A stretch of 64,000 nucleotides of DNA from Pyrinomonadaceae bacterium (GCA_036399835.1 DASWMI010000168.1:15008-79007), one strand, 5' to 3'. Counted from the first letter of the stretch, positions 1-9,952 are shown. The notes: generated from the letters alone by a model not told the origin. A program made the numbers and translations.

Positions 1-676
1 GGTTGATGACATGCCCGTAGAGCCTCAAGATCATGACGCTCAAATGTCTGGCCGTCGCCAGTTCCTTAGACTCCGCAGCCGAAACTTCAGTTCCAAATTC
101 GCGCACGCAGGCGAGCGCGTGTAGAAACTCTGTGCGCGCACGCGCCTGGTGAGCAATCAGTCTGGCCGCGTTGCGGCGATGTATGCAGCGGCCAGCGAGC
201 AAGAGGTCGTCGCCCGTGCGTCCGGCGATGCGGCATAGCTCCAACTCGCGCTGGTCCGGTAAAGCTTCAGGCTCGACTTCCGACGCGGCCATCGTCAGCC
301 CGACATATCTCTCAACGTGGTCGCAGACGATACGAGTCTTTTGCTCCAACTCCTGCGCCCTGAGCCTGCCAGACTGGCGGGCCATCTCCTCTACCTTGTA
401 GAGCGTTTCGATAAGCTTGCGTTTAGCCTGCTCGATCTGCGCGTCGAAGTCTGGCGAAGATGTGTGGTCCATGCCGGTAGTAGTTTTCCAGGCGGGGCGC
501 GAGCGCCAGAGCTTGAGTAGAAACAACGTCGCCGCGCAGGGCCAGAGCAGCATCGCCAGCGTCGCTTTGAAGACGGCCTTCCGTGGTCCTCTACGGTTTC
601 TCCCTGAGAGTAGATCGCTCATGCCAAAGGGCGCTCCGGCTGCCAGATAAATGGTGATGATTTCGCTCGCTCGCAT
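1..676 (-). CDS. hypothetical protein with hydrophobic N-terminal segment (3' end lies beyond window start)
   Basis: Absent from the ORF track because there is no stop inside the window. The reverse frame is open from 769 down to base 1. ATG at 676 (alternatives: ATG 769, ATG 472) gives MRASEIITIYLAAGAPFG...LLWPCAATLFLLKLW, then MDHTSSPDFDAQIEQAKRKLIETLYKVEE... No family recognised. Confidence 0.5.
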   Translation of the reverse strand, partial: MRASEIITIYLAAGAPFGMSDLLSGRNRRGPRKAVFKATLAMLLWPCAATLFLLKLWRSRPAWKTTTGMDHTSSPDFDAQIEQAKRKLIETLYKVEEMARQSGRLRAQELEQKTRIVCDHVERYVGLTMAASEVEPEALPDQRELELCRIAGRTGDDLLLAGRCIHRRNAARLIAHQARARTEFLHALACVREFGTEVSAAESKELATARHLSVMILRLYGHVIN

Positions 677-1344
677 CCTGGCCTTCAGAAATGGCAACGC
701 TTGTGCCAGCGCCGCAAGCGCCGAGCGCGGCTCATCGCGGAAAGTTTTCTTCTGCTTCCGGCAGAACATTTACGGGAAATTTTTCCGGTCCGGACAAGCC
801 CGGCGCGTTTGGGAAAAGCGCTCTCGTCCGCTTGGCAAACCGCCTCTCCAACTTCAGGGTTTGGCATTCTGCAAACTCGCAGGAGAGGGCGACTGGTCCA
901 ACGCCTTGAGGCATGAAGATGAAGTTAATGGGAGCGGGCCATCGAGCGATTGAAGGGACGCGTCATTTCTCTGCTCGCGCGGCGCGGCGTGGGGTGAAGC
1001 GCGGCGGCTCTGCGGGAAGCGCCCAATCCAAACCGTACATCTGGAGTCACCTCTGTATGCAATAAAGCCACAGGTGGCTAATTTCCGAATCCCTTGATGC
1101 TCCTTCGAGGGAGGAAACTTCCTTCGGCTAAAACCATGCGCGCCGCGTCTAATATAGAAAATAAGAAGCGCAAATCCGAGTTCCGGTTTACGTCAGCAGT
1201 TGTGGCCTCCGGTTTGCAGGGATGACGGCGCAAAGGTCAACGGCTGTTTCTGATCGGACCAAAATAAATCGAACTTCGAGACAGCCGATTCGTTAGAGTA
1301 AAGAGATTATTCGAGAAACAATCAAGCAGGGACAGGCAATCATT

Positions 1345-1569
1345 ATGGCTACTAAACCTTCAATCAAAATCATCAAGCGCCGTGAGCGCATAGAGCAGGA
1401 AAACGGGCCTGAACAGGCCGCTGCTACGAAAGAAACGCCGCGCGAAGCCGCCCGCGAAATGGTCGCCACCGTGACCAACTGGGTGAGCGAGTTTCAGCAA
1501 AAGCGGCGCGAGGAAACTTCACGCGCCATCAAGACGCTGTTCGCGGACCAGCAACCGAACGAGGCATAG
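1345..1569 (+). CDS. small hypothetical protein (74 aa, Lys/Arg/Glu-rich)
   Basis: Complete ORF with GC-rich third codon positions. An intrinsic terminator lies about 105 nt downstream. No family recognised. Confidence 0.5.
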   Translation: MATKPSIKIIKRRERIEQENGPEQAAATKETPREAAREMVATVTNWVSEFQQKRREETSRAIKTLFADQQPNEA

Positions 1570-1674
1570 GCTCTCGCAACACATGCGGCGCATAATCCCG
1601 CACCGGAATGAAGCAGATTGCACGCTTTCGTTCTCGCCTAGACCAAAAAGAACAATCACAGACAGGCTACACAA

Positions 1675-1709
1675 AAGGGCGGCCCCAAGAGGTCGCCCTT
1701 AATTGTTTC
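1675..1709 (+). terminator. rho-independent terminator candidate
   Basis: GGGCGGCC (1677-1684) pairs with GGTCGCCC (1691-1698), 8 bp with one G-U, followed by TTAATTGTTT. Confidence 0.6.
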
Positions 1710-1832
1710 TAAAAGTATGGCGAATGCTACGTCTCAAGAGCGGACCTGTCAGGATGTTGACACGGGGCGCGTGGCGGCGATAGCATGGCTGCCAAATCAA
1801 AGCCCTAAGAGAAATGGTATCCGTCAAGCCTC

Positions 1833-2027
1833 ATGAAAACGACCGGACCAAAACGCGGGAAGAAACGCAAGCCTCAGCCTCTCTTTGAGACGATACGCAA
1901 GCCACTGGCGCCGCCCGGCCACCCGCTCGGACGTGACAAGCCGGAAGAGCGCGCGCATCCTTCGCTGCGCAAGGCCAAGCATAAACATCGTCCTGAAAGG
2001 TCCGGAGAGGGGACTGAGGGCGACTGA
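1833..2027 (+). CDS. small highly basic hypothetical protein (64 aa)
   Basis: ORF only. No clear Shine-Dalgarno, and an antisense ORF of similar size overlaps it. Confidence 0.3.
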   Translation: MKTTGPKRGKKRKPQPLFETIRKPLAPPGHPLGRDKPEERAHPSLRKAKHKHRPERSGEGTEGD

Positions 2028-2116
2028 TTCGGGCCTCACGAGGCTATCAACGAAAAGGCCGCTGTCTTCGTGTCCAAACGCTCTCGCCGCAAATCTTGAT
2101 CGCCGTGAATAATCTT

Positions 2117-2599
2117 ATGACTGATGTTACTCAAACCTTCATCGCCAAATCGCGCTCGCTGCTTTCCGAGTATCTGATGAAAATCGAGCGTTGTCTGAAA
2201 GAGCTGAGCGAGGAAGATGTCTGGTGGCGTGCGCACGAGGAAGGGAACAGTATAGGCAATCTGCTGCTGCATCTGTCGGGTAATGCGCGCCAGTGGATTG
2301 TGTGCGGCGTCGGCGGAGCGGAAGACAGGCGTGTGCGCCAGCAAGAGTTCGATGCGCGAGAGGGCGCGTCGCGCGATGAATTGCTCGCCGCGCTCAGACA
2401 GACCGTCGCAGAGGTGGATGCTGTTTTAGACGGTCTTGATGAAGGCAGCCTGCTCGAACCGCGTCAGATACAGAGATACGACGTGAGCGTGCTCGAAGCG
2501 GTCTACCACGTGGTCGAGCATTTCTCCATGCACACGGGCCAGATCATCTTGATGACCAAGCTGCTGGCGAAAAAGGACCTCGAATTCTACAACCTTTAA
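2117..2599 (+). CDS. DinB-family (DUF1572-like) four-helix-bundle protein
   Basis: Contains NSIGNLLLHLSGNARQW and VEHFSMHTGQI, the His-containing helices typical of DinB/DUF1572. The track ORF starts at TTG 2096; the first ATG is at 2117. Confidence 0.8.
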   Translation: MTDVTQTFIAKSRSLLSEYLMKIERCLKELSEEDVWWRAHEEGNSIGNLLLHLSGNARQWIVCGVGGAEDRRVRQQEFDAREGASRDELLAALRQTVAEVDAVLDGLDEGSLLEPRQIQRYDVSVLEAVYHVVEHFSMHTGQIILMTKLLAKKDLEFYNL

Positions 2600-2825
2600 A
2601 GGGTTCGGTCTTCGCCGTTCGGCGTGCGGAGCGCAAGGTTAAGCAGGCATGGTCGAGAGTTCCGAAGTTTAGTAGTTTTGATAAAAGTAGCCAGCAACGC
2701 GTTTGACTCCGAAGGCTTAAAGATGGGCATGGCACTCTTTCTTCATCTTTGTCATTTTTAACTTTTCAATCACACGGATTCATGCTTAATATACAGTCGC
2801 ACTTGAACAAAGCCCGAGGAGATGA

Positions 2826-3107
2826 ATGTTCATGACCTATACTGTTTGCGAACCTTGTGTCAACTGCCGTTATACAGACTGCGCCGTCGTCTGCCCTGTA
2901 GAGGCTTTTCATATAGACGACGACATGCTCGTCATCCATCCCGAAACCTGCATAGACTGTGACGCGTGCGTCCCGGAATGTCCCGTCGAGGCCATCTTTC
3001 CAGAAGATAAAGTCCCGGAGGAGTGGGCGCACTTTACGCCTATGAACGCCGAGAAAGCCATGAGCGGTCTGCCGACCATCAGTGTCAAGCTGGACCCTTT
3101 ATGCTGA
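2826..3107 (+). CDS. fdxA: 7Fe-type ferredoxin (3Fe-4S plus 4Fe-4S)
   Basis: MTYTVCEPCVNCRYTDCAVVCPV...CIDCDACVPECPVEAI carries two classical Cys clusters. GAGGAG lies just upstream. An alternative ATG is at 2832. Confidence 0.9.
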   Translation: MFMTYTVCEPCVNCRYTDCAVVCPVEAFHIDDDMLVIHPETCIDCDACVPECPVEAIFPEDKVPEEWAHFTPMNAEKAMSGLPTISVKLDPLC

Positions 3108-3202
3108 AGGGTCGTCGAAGCCGAAGTCAGATTCTACGGACAGGAAAAGCGCAAGGCGCGCCGTAGCTCCCTCGAAATTGGCCGGGACTGGCGCGCCTTG
3201 TC

Positions 3203-3565
3203 ATGTCTCAGAGGCCGCAACCAAAGGCACTGAACCCGTGGCGGGTTCAACGCGCGAGATTGAAGATGAAGAAACGCACAAAGCGTTGGATGGGTGGTCT
3301 CGCCCTCGCCGCCGGAATGTTGGGGGCCGTGGGAACGGTACTAATGAAAAAAAAGAGATTTTATAGAAATGGCGGAAGGTCCGAAGAGACGCGCGACGTG
3401 TGGGCCAGGCCGGGGATGGTCGTCACGTTCCGCGCAGAGTTGATGCCCGGACGCGAGCGTTCGGAGCGGACCTTTCGCGTCGCAGAGCTGTTGCCGAGCG
3501 GCAGAGTTATCTTGCAGGGAGTCGCGGGCGAGCATAACGAGAAGGAGTTTGAGCCTGCCAGGTAG
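3203..3565 (+). CDS. hypothetical protein with one predicted transmembrane helix
   Basis: Basic N-terminus, then WMGGLALAAGMLGAVGTVLM, then a soluble tail. The overlapping antisense 215-aa ORF is judged spurious. Confidence 0.5.
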   Translation: MSQRPQPKALNPWRVQRARLKMKKRTKRWMGGLALAAGMLGAVGTVLMKKKRFYRNGGRSEETRDVWARPGMVVTFRAELMPGRERSERTFRVAELLPSGRVILQGVAGEHNEKEFEPAR

Positions 3566-3580
3566 GCTCTGAAGGATTAA

Positions 3581-3949
3581 GTGGACCAGAGCATGTCGCA
3601 ATCGAGAATAGATATTTTCGCAGAGATGGCGCGCGAGCAGCCGGACAGTGAGATGGTCTGGTACGGGCTGGCTAACGAGTACGTCAAGGCTGAAAGATGG
3701 GGCGAGGCGGCAGATGCCCTGCGTCAGGTCGTCAGCCTGAACCCGGATTATACTGCCGCCTACCAGTTGCTCGGCACGGCCCTCTTTGAACAGGGCGAGA
3801 GCGAGCAGGCGCGCGTTATCTGGGAGCAGGGCCGAGAGGTCGCAGAGCGCACGGGAGCCTGGAAAGCTCGGCAACACATCGAAGGCTTGCTCGCACGGAT
3901 GGATGAAGGGCCGAAGGGTAAGCGGGATTCGGAATTTTGCGAAGAGTGA
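3581..3949 (+). CDS. TPR-repeat protein
   Basis: TPR-like repeats (WYGLANEYVKAERWGEAADALRQVVSLNPDYTAAYQLLGTALFEQGE) with a terminator immediately downstream. Confidence 0.75.
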   Translation: MDQSMSQSRIDIFAEMAREQPDSEMVWYGLANEYVKAERWGEAADALRQVVSLNPDYTAAYQLLGTALFEQGESEQARVIWEQGREVAERTGAWKARQHIEGLLARMDEGPKGKRDSEFCEE

Positions 3950-3974
3950 AGAAGCAGCAGAAAGCGTGTTAAGT

Positions 3975-4012
3975 AAAGCCCTGTCCATCAGCGACAGGGC
4001 TTTTCTCGTTTG
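3975..4012 (+). terminator. rho-independent terminator
   Basis: AAAGCCCTGTC (3975-3985) pairs with GACAGGGCTTT (3993-4003), followed by a T-rich run TTCTCGTTT. Confidence 0.7.
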
Positions 4013-4107
4013 AGAGCTAAGACAGCGAGAGGTAGTCCTTTGTTGGTCTCATCGCTTGCGTGTTAAGAAGCTAGTAAAAATGGATGTCGCCCGACGCGAG
4101 GTGTCGT

Positions 4108-4884
4108 CTACCATTCGTAGGTGCGGCCAGGCTCCATGACGCTCAGTTTCGGAATCTTTAGCTCCTCAAGCTCTTTGATGACCGTTTCGCGGTAGGCCGG
4201 CTTGAGATGGACGGCGAGAATCTCCAGTCCGTTGTGTTTGAGCTTGCCCAGCTCTTTCTGAAGAGAGGCGGGCGTGAAATGCCTTGAGACCTCTGCGAGC
4301 TGGGCCAGCGCGTTGGGGAAGGAAGCTTCAATGAGCAGCGCGTCAACGTGCGCCGCGCCGTTGACCAGCTCCCAGAACTCTTCTGTCTCCGCCGTGTCGG
4401 AGCTGAGAGCGACGGTCGTCTTGCCGTCTGAGATAATCATCCCGACCGTCGGGACGATGTGGTTGACGGCGACGGCAGTAATCTTGAGATGCGCGACCCG
4501 GAATTCGATGCCCGTGCCGAAGGGCACATACTCCATGACGCGGCTTTTGTCGTTGCTCAAATCGGAAAAGCGCGGGTAGACGGTCCAGTTAAAGATGTCG
4601 CGCTCAAGCGTCTCGATGACCTCTTCGGTGGCATGGACGCGGATAGGCTCTTCGAGTGTCCCGAAGAGATCGTCAATAAAGATGGGGAGGGTCGCAACGT
4701 GGTCCATGTGAGGATGCGTGATGATGATGTCGCGCACGCTCTCGCGCTGTTCGTCCGTGAGGGCCATCGCCAGGCTTCCGGCGTCAATCGCCACGCGCTC
4801 GTCTACGAGAAAACACGTCAGGCGCTGCTCCGGTGCGGCGTAGCCCTTTTCATCGAAGGTGCTGGGTAAGAGTTGAATCTTCAC
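4108..4884 (-). CDS. MBL-fold metallo-hydrolase, class II 3',5'-cyclic-nucleotide phosphodiesterase-like
   Basis: HxHxDH motif (THPHMDHV). The overall layout resembles the PDEase_II/MBL family. Confidence 0.8.
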   Translation of the reverse strand: MKIQLLPSTFDEKGYAAPEQRLTCFLVDERVAIDAGSLAMALTDEQRESVRDIIITHPHMDHVATLPIFIDDLFGTLEEPIRVHATEEVIETLERDIFNWTVYPRFSDLSNDKSRVMEYVPFGTGIEFRVAHLKITAVAVNHIVPTVGMIISDGKTTVALSSDTAETEEFWELVNGAAHVDALLIEASFPNALAQLAEVSRHFTPASLQKELGKLKHNGLEILAVHLKPAYRETVIKELEELKIPKLSVMEPGRTYEW

Positions 4885-4975
4885 GAAATGGGTCAGTGTT
4901 TCAGGACGCGCGCGAGGACCATTTCAGTATAAGGCAATCGAGCAAGCACGCGCGAGAATTTTCTGCGGCCCCGGG

Positions 4976-6163
4976 TTAATGCGCGCCCAGGCGCTGGCGC
5001 ATCTCTTGAAGCATTTGCAGATAGGCAGCTTCGCGTTCGAGCGCCTCCTGCGGGTCGCTGATGATACCGCGCGCGACGCGGCTACGATGAAAGGCCAGCT
5101 CGCTCGCCGTCTGATTATACTGCATACGCACGCGCCACACGCCGAAGCCGCCTCTGGTCAGCGCGTTGAAGGACGCGCCCATCCGTCCCCTGACGCTACA
5201 GAGTCGGTGATAGTCGTCCGGCGTGAACAGCCCGCGCTGGAGGTCCGCCATCAAGTGCTCGCGCACGATGCGCCCCTCACGACGCAGGTTAAAGCCTATC
5301 ACGACAAGCGTGGCGATGAAGACAGGGACCATCACTAGAAAGTACATCACCAGAAAGCCTGCGCCGCCGAAGAAGGTCGGCGAGGCATTCCAGATAGCGT
5401 GGAGCATGATTGCCATCAATAGGCCGGCGATGGGCGCGACAAACTTGATGAATTTATTGTTGGTCTGCCTGGACCAGCCGAGACCTATGCCCGTCATGCT
5501 CGTAAAGAGCGGGTGAGAGAAGGGAGCCATCGCGCCGCGCAGAATGAGAGTGCCCGTTAGCCCCGGACCCCCGCCCTGTATCAGAGCCTTGCCGTAATAT
5601 TGGAAATTCTCGGTCATGGCAAAGCCCAGTGCCACCATCCCCGCGTAGACGATGCCGTCCACGATGCCGTCAAATTCATCCTTTCTCCAGAAAAAGAGAA
5701 TAAAGAGGATGAGCGCCTTGGCGCTCTCTTCGACGATGGGCGCGGAGAGCACGGCACCGGCTGCCTCTGCGGCTTCCGAGCTTTGCGTGATGATGGCAAC
5801 GAAGATGGCGACCGCCGTGTTAATGATAAAGGCTATGAAGACGGCCACCATCGCGCCCCAGAAGAAGGCCAACGCCAGCATCCATAAAGGCTCGGATTCG
5901 TAGCGGTCAATCCAGAGCAGCAGCGCGACGTAAATCGGGACGGGAATCATCGCGCAGATCATCCCGACCAGCAGCGCGACTGGACCAGTTTGCGAGCCGA
6001 TGAGCAGCAGCACGATGAGGCCGAGCACCAGACCCGCGAGGATGGCCGCGATGGCGAGCATGACCTTGATGGCGCTGGTTTTCTTGCGCGATTGAAGGGC
6101 TATCCTGGGCGGCGGGTACGCGCCGCCATAATTCTGCACGGGGGAATACTGGTTGTTATACAT
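4976..6163 (-). CDS. PrsW-family intramembrane metalloprotease
   Basis: Polytopic membrane protein with PIVEESAKAL, FAMTENFQY and HAIWN motifs characteristic of PrsW. Confidence 0.85.
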   Translation of the reverse strand: MYNNQYSPVQNYGGAYPPPRIALQSRKKTSAIKVMLAIAAILAGLVLGLIVLLLIGSQTGPVALLVGMICAMIPVPIYVALLLWIDRYESEPLWMLALAFFWGAMVAVFIAFIINTAVAIFVAIITQSSEAAEAAGAVLSAPIVEESAKALILFILFFWRKDEFDGIVDGIVYAGMVALGFAMTENFQYYGKALIQGGGPGLTGTLILRGAMAPFSHPLFTSMTGIGLGWSRQTNNKFIKFVAPIAGLLMAIMLHAIWNASPTFFGGAGFLVMYFLVMVPVFIATLVVIGFNLRREGRIVREHLMADLQRGLFTPDDYHRLCSVRGRMGASFNALTRGGFGVWRVRMQYNQTASELAFHRSRVARGIISDPQEALEREAAYLQMLQEMRQRLGAH

Positions 6164-6350
6164 GATCCTTTAATTCGGAAACTGATGAAATGAGTTGCAG
6201 TATGTTAAAGAGAACCGAGAGATATGCGAGCGCAGCCGGAGTATAGCCACATTTGCCCCCAGACTTCCAGCTTTAATTGACGAACAGGTCCGCGCGGTTT
6301 TGCACAGCAGGCCGCGCACGTTCTCAAGCAGAGCCGGACGCCTGGCAGTC

Positions 6351-7124
6351 TTAGCGCGCACACGTCTGGGCGCGGCCTCCGTCAATCGAATAGGTCGCCC
6401 CTGTAATCCAGCCCGCGTGCTCCGAGGCCAGAAAGAGAATCAGGTCCGCGACCTCTTCCGGACGCCCGACGCGCCCGATGGGATGCGTCTGCTTCGAGCG
6501 TTCGAGGAAGGCTGCGTAAGCCTCTTCGCTCATCCCGCCGCGCTTGTGTATATCCGTGATGACGACGCCCGGGTTGACCGCGTTGACGCGTATCCCTTTG
6601 GGGGCCAGCTCAAGCGCGGCGCAGCGCGTCAACTGGTCCAGCCCTGCCTTTGAGACGCAATAGGCCAGCACGCCCGGAAACGAGCGCAGTCCGGTTACGC
6701 TTGAGACATTGACGATGTTGCCGCGCGTCCGTTCGAGCTGGGGCACGCATTGCTGCATCAGGTAGAAGGCGGCGCGCAGGTTGACGTTCATCATCGCGTC
6801 CCAGGCATCAAGCCGCGTGTCCTCTATAGTGCCGTTGGAAAGATGGCCCGCAGCGTTGACGAGCACATCAACCCTGCCGAAATTTTCTACAGTCCCGCGC
6901 ACGATTCGCCGCACATCAGCTTCATTCGTGACATCCGCCCTGAGCGAGAGGGACTCCGCGCCAAGCTCTTTAATCTCTTCGGCGACTTCTGCGAGCGCGC
7001 CTTCCTGGCGGCCCACGGCGGCCACGCGTGCGCCAGCCCCCGCCAGACGCAAGGCTGTCGCCCTTCCGATGCCCGAAGTCGCACCCGTCACGAGGGCTAT
7101 CTTACCCGCCAGCTCTTTCTCCAT
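6351..7124 (-). CDS. SDR-family oxidoreductase (FabG-like)
   Basis: TGATSGIGRA Rossmann motif, NAAG, and the catalytic S...YxxxK (YCVSKAG). Confidence 0.9.
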   Translation of the reverse strand: MEKELAGKIALVTGATSGIGRATALRLAGAGARVAAVGRQEGALAEVAEEIKELGAESLSLRADVTNEADVRRIVRGTVENFGRVDVLVNAAGHLSNGTIEDTRLDAWDAMMNVNLRAAFYLMQQCVPQLERTRGNIVNVSSVTGLRSFPGVLAYCVSKAGLDQLTRCAALELAPKGIRVNAVNPGVVITDIHKRGGMSEEAYAAFLERSKQTHPIGRVGRPEEVADLILFLASEHAGWITGATYSIDGGRAQTCAR

Positions 7125-7318
7125 CTATCTGTCTCCTCTTCATCAAGAATATTCAGACGCACTGATTTTAATCATCTCATATTGACAGGAGAGGCTCAAA
7201 AAGTTGACTATAAGCTTCTGCACGAGTGCCCTTGTGTTTCAAGGGAGCAAGCGACGGACATTACAGCTTCAAAGCACACGAAAGCCTGTTTCGCGTCTCG
7301 CCCTGTTAAGGAGAAAGC

Positions 7319-8344
7319 TTGCGCAGCAATTCGACCGAAAACTTTTTTGGTAGAACATCAAGGCCAGCCGCACGCTCTTCCGCAGGCGGCGCATCGCATC
7401 GCAGCCCATCGCGCGCGCGGATGCCTTCGACCTCCGGTTACATGGTGGCGGCGGGCGCGACTGCCGCGACTCTCTTCTTCCTGCTCTGGTGGATGCTGCA
7501 CGACAGCGGCGATGAAGCGCCCTGGGTTCCGGCGGGGCTGGCCTCCAGCGTCGTCATGCTGATTGCCGTCGCGGCGCGCGAAGTCATCATGCGGCGGGCC
7601 TGGACGCGCTATCTGCTCGAACATGAAAAGCATGAGCACGCGGCCAACAGGGAAGCCAGAGCGGGCGCTGGCAGCCGCAGCAATAGCAGCCAGGCGCACG
7701 GGACTATCAGCTCTCACTCGGCGGCCTTGCGCGCGCTGCAAAAACAGTCTGAAGAGGCGGATGCCCCGAGCGCACAGCCCGAAGCGCATCTCAACGTCTA
7801 TCAGGCCTGCCAGGAATATCTCGCGAGCACGGATGAGATACTGCGCTCGGCCAACGTCGAAACCGAAAGGCGCGTGGCCCTGCGTGCGGGACAGGAACGC
7901 GTGCGCGCCCTTCAGAAACATCACCTCCTGGGATGGGCGCGCGGGGCTTCGCGCACTCTGGCCCATGAAGCTCAACTGCGCAGCCGCCTCTCGGATAAGA
8001 TAGAGACGGCGCAGCGCGCGATTGATGTCATAGAGGCGGCGCTGAAGGCTTATCCGGGCGAGGGTGAGCTGGAGGATTCCGTGCTGGCGATACAGGAGTT
8101 TATCGGCTCTGTAAAAGTCTCTCACTGGGTCGAGCTGGCCGAGCGCGCAGCCTTTCGAGGCAAGTATGCGCGGGCTATTGACCGTTATCGAGATGCGCTC
8201 TTTTATGTCTCGCGCGAGAAGATGAGGGAAGAAACGCGCGCCGAGACGGCGCAACACATTCAACGCCAGATTGAGATGCTGCGCGCGCGGCTGCACATGA
8301 ATGGCAGGGCCGCTAAAACGGATGACCGTGCGTGGGATGGATAG
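7319..8344 (+). CDS. hypothetical membrane-anchored coiled-coil protein
   Basis: TTG start preceded by AAGGAG. Two hydrophobic helices are followed by a long helical Arg/Glu/Ala-rich region. The antisense 333-aa ORF is judged to be a shadow ORF. Confidence 0.6.
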   Translation: MRSNSTENFFGRTSRPAARSSAGGASHRSPSRARMPSTSGYMVAAGATAATLFFLLWWMLHDSGDEAPWVPAGLASSVVMLIAVAAREVIMRRAWTRYLLEHEKHEHAANREARAGAGSRSNSSQAHGTISSHSAALRALQKQSEEADAPSAQPEAHLNVYQACQEYLASTDEILRSANVETERRVALRAGQERVRALQKHHLLGWARGASRTLAHEAQLRSRLSDKIETAQRAIDVIEAALKAYPGEGELEDSVLAIQEFIGSVKVSHWVELAERAAFRGKYARAIDRYRDALFYVSREKMREETRAETAQHIQRQIEMLRARLHMNGRAAKTDDRAWDG

Positions 8345-8379
8345 AGTTTGAGGAGTCAATCTCCGGGGAATCCTTACAC

Positions 8380-8616
8380 ATGATTGGACAGCGTTGTCCG
8401 AAATGCAAAAGCTCGCGGATCAGGCGTGGCTACAAGCCGACCCCGCTCATTTTGCGTCTGTTTGGCATCTATAACCTTTTGTGCGATCATTGTAACCTGC
8501 TTTTTACGGGCTTCGCAGTCCCTGGCACGGTGCCCAAACACGGAAGCCGTAAGAAGAAGGGGGCCGAGGCGCGTGCGAGCAAGGAATTCGAGCGCCGAAC
8601 GCACGTCAAGAGTTGA
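8380..8616 (+). CDS. small zinc-ribbon protein
   Basis: CPKC...CDHC pairs followed by a basic tail. ATG at 8380 is preferred over the track start 8332, which overlaps the upstream gene. Confidence 0.5.
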   Translation: MIGQRCPKCKSSRIRRGYKPTPLILRLFGIYNLLCDHCNLLFTGFAVPGTVPKHGSRKKKGAEARASKEFERRTHVKS

Positions 8617-8720
8617 AGCCCTGTGCCGGTAAGACAGGGATTTCGCGGACGCGGGATACAGCTTGCAAGCTGCATCCAATCCCCGGCCAGGAGCATCTAT
8701 CAAAGGGCATTCAAGAGAGG

Positions 8721-8746
8721 GCCACAAAGGGCCACATCAAGCCACA
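8721..8746 (+). promoter_or_regulatory. three GCCACA direct repeats at exact 10-bp spacing upstream of the export gene
   Basis: GCCACA occurs at 8721, 8731 and 8741. A 14-bp perfect palindrome CAGCTTGCAAGCTG lies at 8659-8672. Confidence 0.3.
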
Positions 8747-8772
8747 TCAGCTTTAGCTTCGAGGATTTAATT

Positions 8773-9837
8773 ATGAAAGCCAGAATATTGCTTATCCTTT
8801 TCATCTTCACCTGTCTGGGAACAGCCTCAACGCTCAGTGCGCAGGAACAATCGCAGCCTGTCATGCAACAAGGCCCGACGGTGGTCATGCCCGCTTCGAT
8901 AGACAATCAGGGCATTAGAAACTATCTGCTCGGACCGGGCGACACCCTGGAGGTGCGTGTCTTCGGGCAACCTGATTTCGGCGGTCAGGCGGATGTGGAC
9001 AGCGCGGGCAATATCAGCCTGCCCTTTATTGACAAGCCGATTCCGGCACAGTGCCGCACGGAAAAAGATGTCTCCAAAGACATTGCCACGGCCTATTCCA
9101 AGTATCTCAAGAATCCCCAGGTCAGCGTGCGCATCATGGGACGCAATAGCCGCCCGCCCGCCATCGTGCATGGCGCTGTCAATTCGCCGGGCCAATTCCA
9201 GATGCAGCGCCGCGTGCGTCTACAGGAAGTGCTGGCACGCGCGGGCGGCGTGACGGAGCGCGCCAACGGCGTCATACAGGTGCTGCACACGGAATCCGTG
9301 ATGTGCCATGAGCCTGGAGAAGTGCCTGAGCCGGAAGCCAGCGTCGCCCTCAGCGACGGCACAAAGATGCCAGCCTTTAAGCTCTACAAGTATGCGGATA
9401 TTCTGACGGGGAATGCGGATGTCAATCCGTATGTCCGACCGGGCGACATCATCAGGGCGATGGAGGCCGAGCCTGTTTACATCACTGGCAGCGTCAATTC
9501 GCCGACCGGCCTCTACCTGCGCGAGCAGATGACTCTGAGCCGCGCCATCGCGATGGTCGGTGGACCAAAGAAAGAGGCCAAGCAGAGCGAGATCATTATC
9601 TATCGCCGGAAGCCCGGCTCGGTCGAGGCCGAGAAGATGGTCGTCAACCTCGCCGCGATTAAAAAGGGGAAGGAGAAGGACGTGCTTCTTCAGGCATACG
9701 ATATTATAGAAGTGCCGGAGGCCGGGATGCTCTCGAAAGAGCGTATCTTCCAGACCATCGCGGGCGGCGTCCTCTCAGGCTTTAGCGGCGTCGGCCAGCT
9801 TGCCACACAGACTTTGCCTCTGCGCGTTATCTACTGA
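8773..9837 (+). CDS. polysaccharide export protein (Wza-like; Poly_export plus SLBB domains)
   Basis: Signal peptide MKARILLILFIFTCLG, LLGPGDTLEVRVFGQPDF (Poly_export) and SLBB-like PGDIIRA / YDIIEVPE. GAGGA lies 7 nt before ATG 8773. Confidence 0.85.
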   Translation: MKARILLILFIFTCLGTASTLSAQEQSQPVMQQGPTVVMPASIDNQGIRNYLLGPGDTLEVRVFGQPDFGGQADVDSAGNISLPFIDKPIPAQCRTEKDVSKDIATAYSKYLKNPQVSVRIMGRNSRPPAIVHGAVNSPGQFQMQRRVRLQEVLARAGGVTERANGVIQVLHTESVMCHEPGEVPEPEASVALSDGTKMPAFKLYKYADILTGNADVNPYVRPGDIIRAMEAEPVYITGSVNSPTGLYLREQMTLSRAIAMVGGPKKEAKQSEIIIYRRKPGSVEAEKMVVNLAAIKKGKEKDVLLQAYDIIEVPEAGMLSKERIFQTIAGGVLSGFSGVGQLATQTLPLRVIY

Positions 9838-9859
9838 CAATCAGGCAGGCATCAGCTTT

Positions 9860-9894
9860 AAGAGGTTGGCCCAATCGCCAGCCTCTTATTGTTT
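9860..9894 (+). terminator. rho-independent terminator
   Basis: AAGAGGTTGGC (9860-9870) pairs with GCCAGCCTCTT (9877-9887), one G-U, then ATTGTTT. Confidence 0.7.
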
Positions 9895-9952
9895 AGAGAG
9901 AGCCGAGAGATTTTCCTTTAAAGCAGACGGCTCTTATTAAGAGGAGAAAAAG

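Noticed and set aside
770-1344. About 570 nt without a convincing ORF; checked for tRNA or other structured RNA
   Set aside because: I found no cloverleaf-compatible sequence or recognisable RNA family, and the short ORFs (651..953 and others) have implausible composition. It is left unannotated.
3341-3988. 215-aa minus-strand ORF overlapping the TPR gene and the 120-aa gene
   Set aside because: This is a shadow ORF typical of GC-rich DNA. The plus-strand products have recognisable TPR repeats and a terminator, whereas the antisense product is low-complexity and Arg/Leu/Ala-rich.
7358-8359. 333-aa antisense ORF opposite 7319..8344
   Set aside because: It has an Arg/Pro/Ala-rich composition with no motif. 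The plus-strand ORF has an RBS (AAGGAG), TM helices and a coherent coiled coil.
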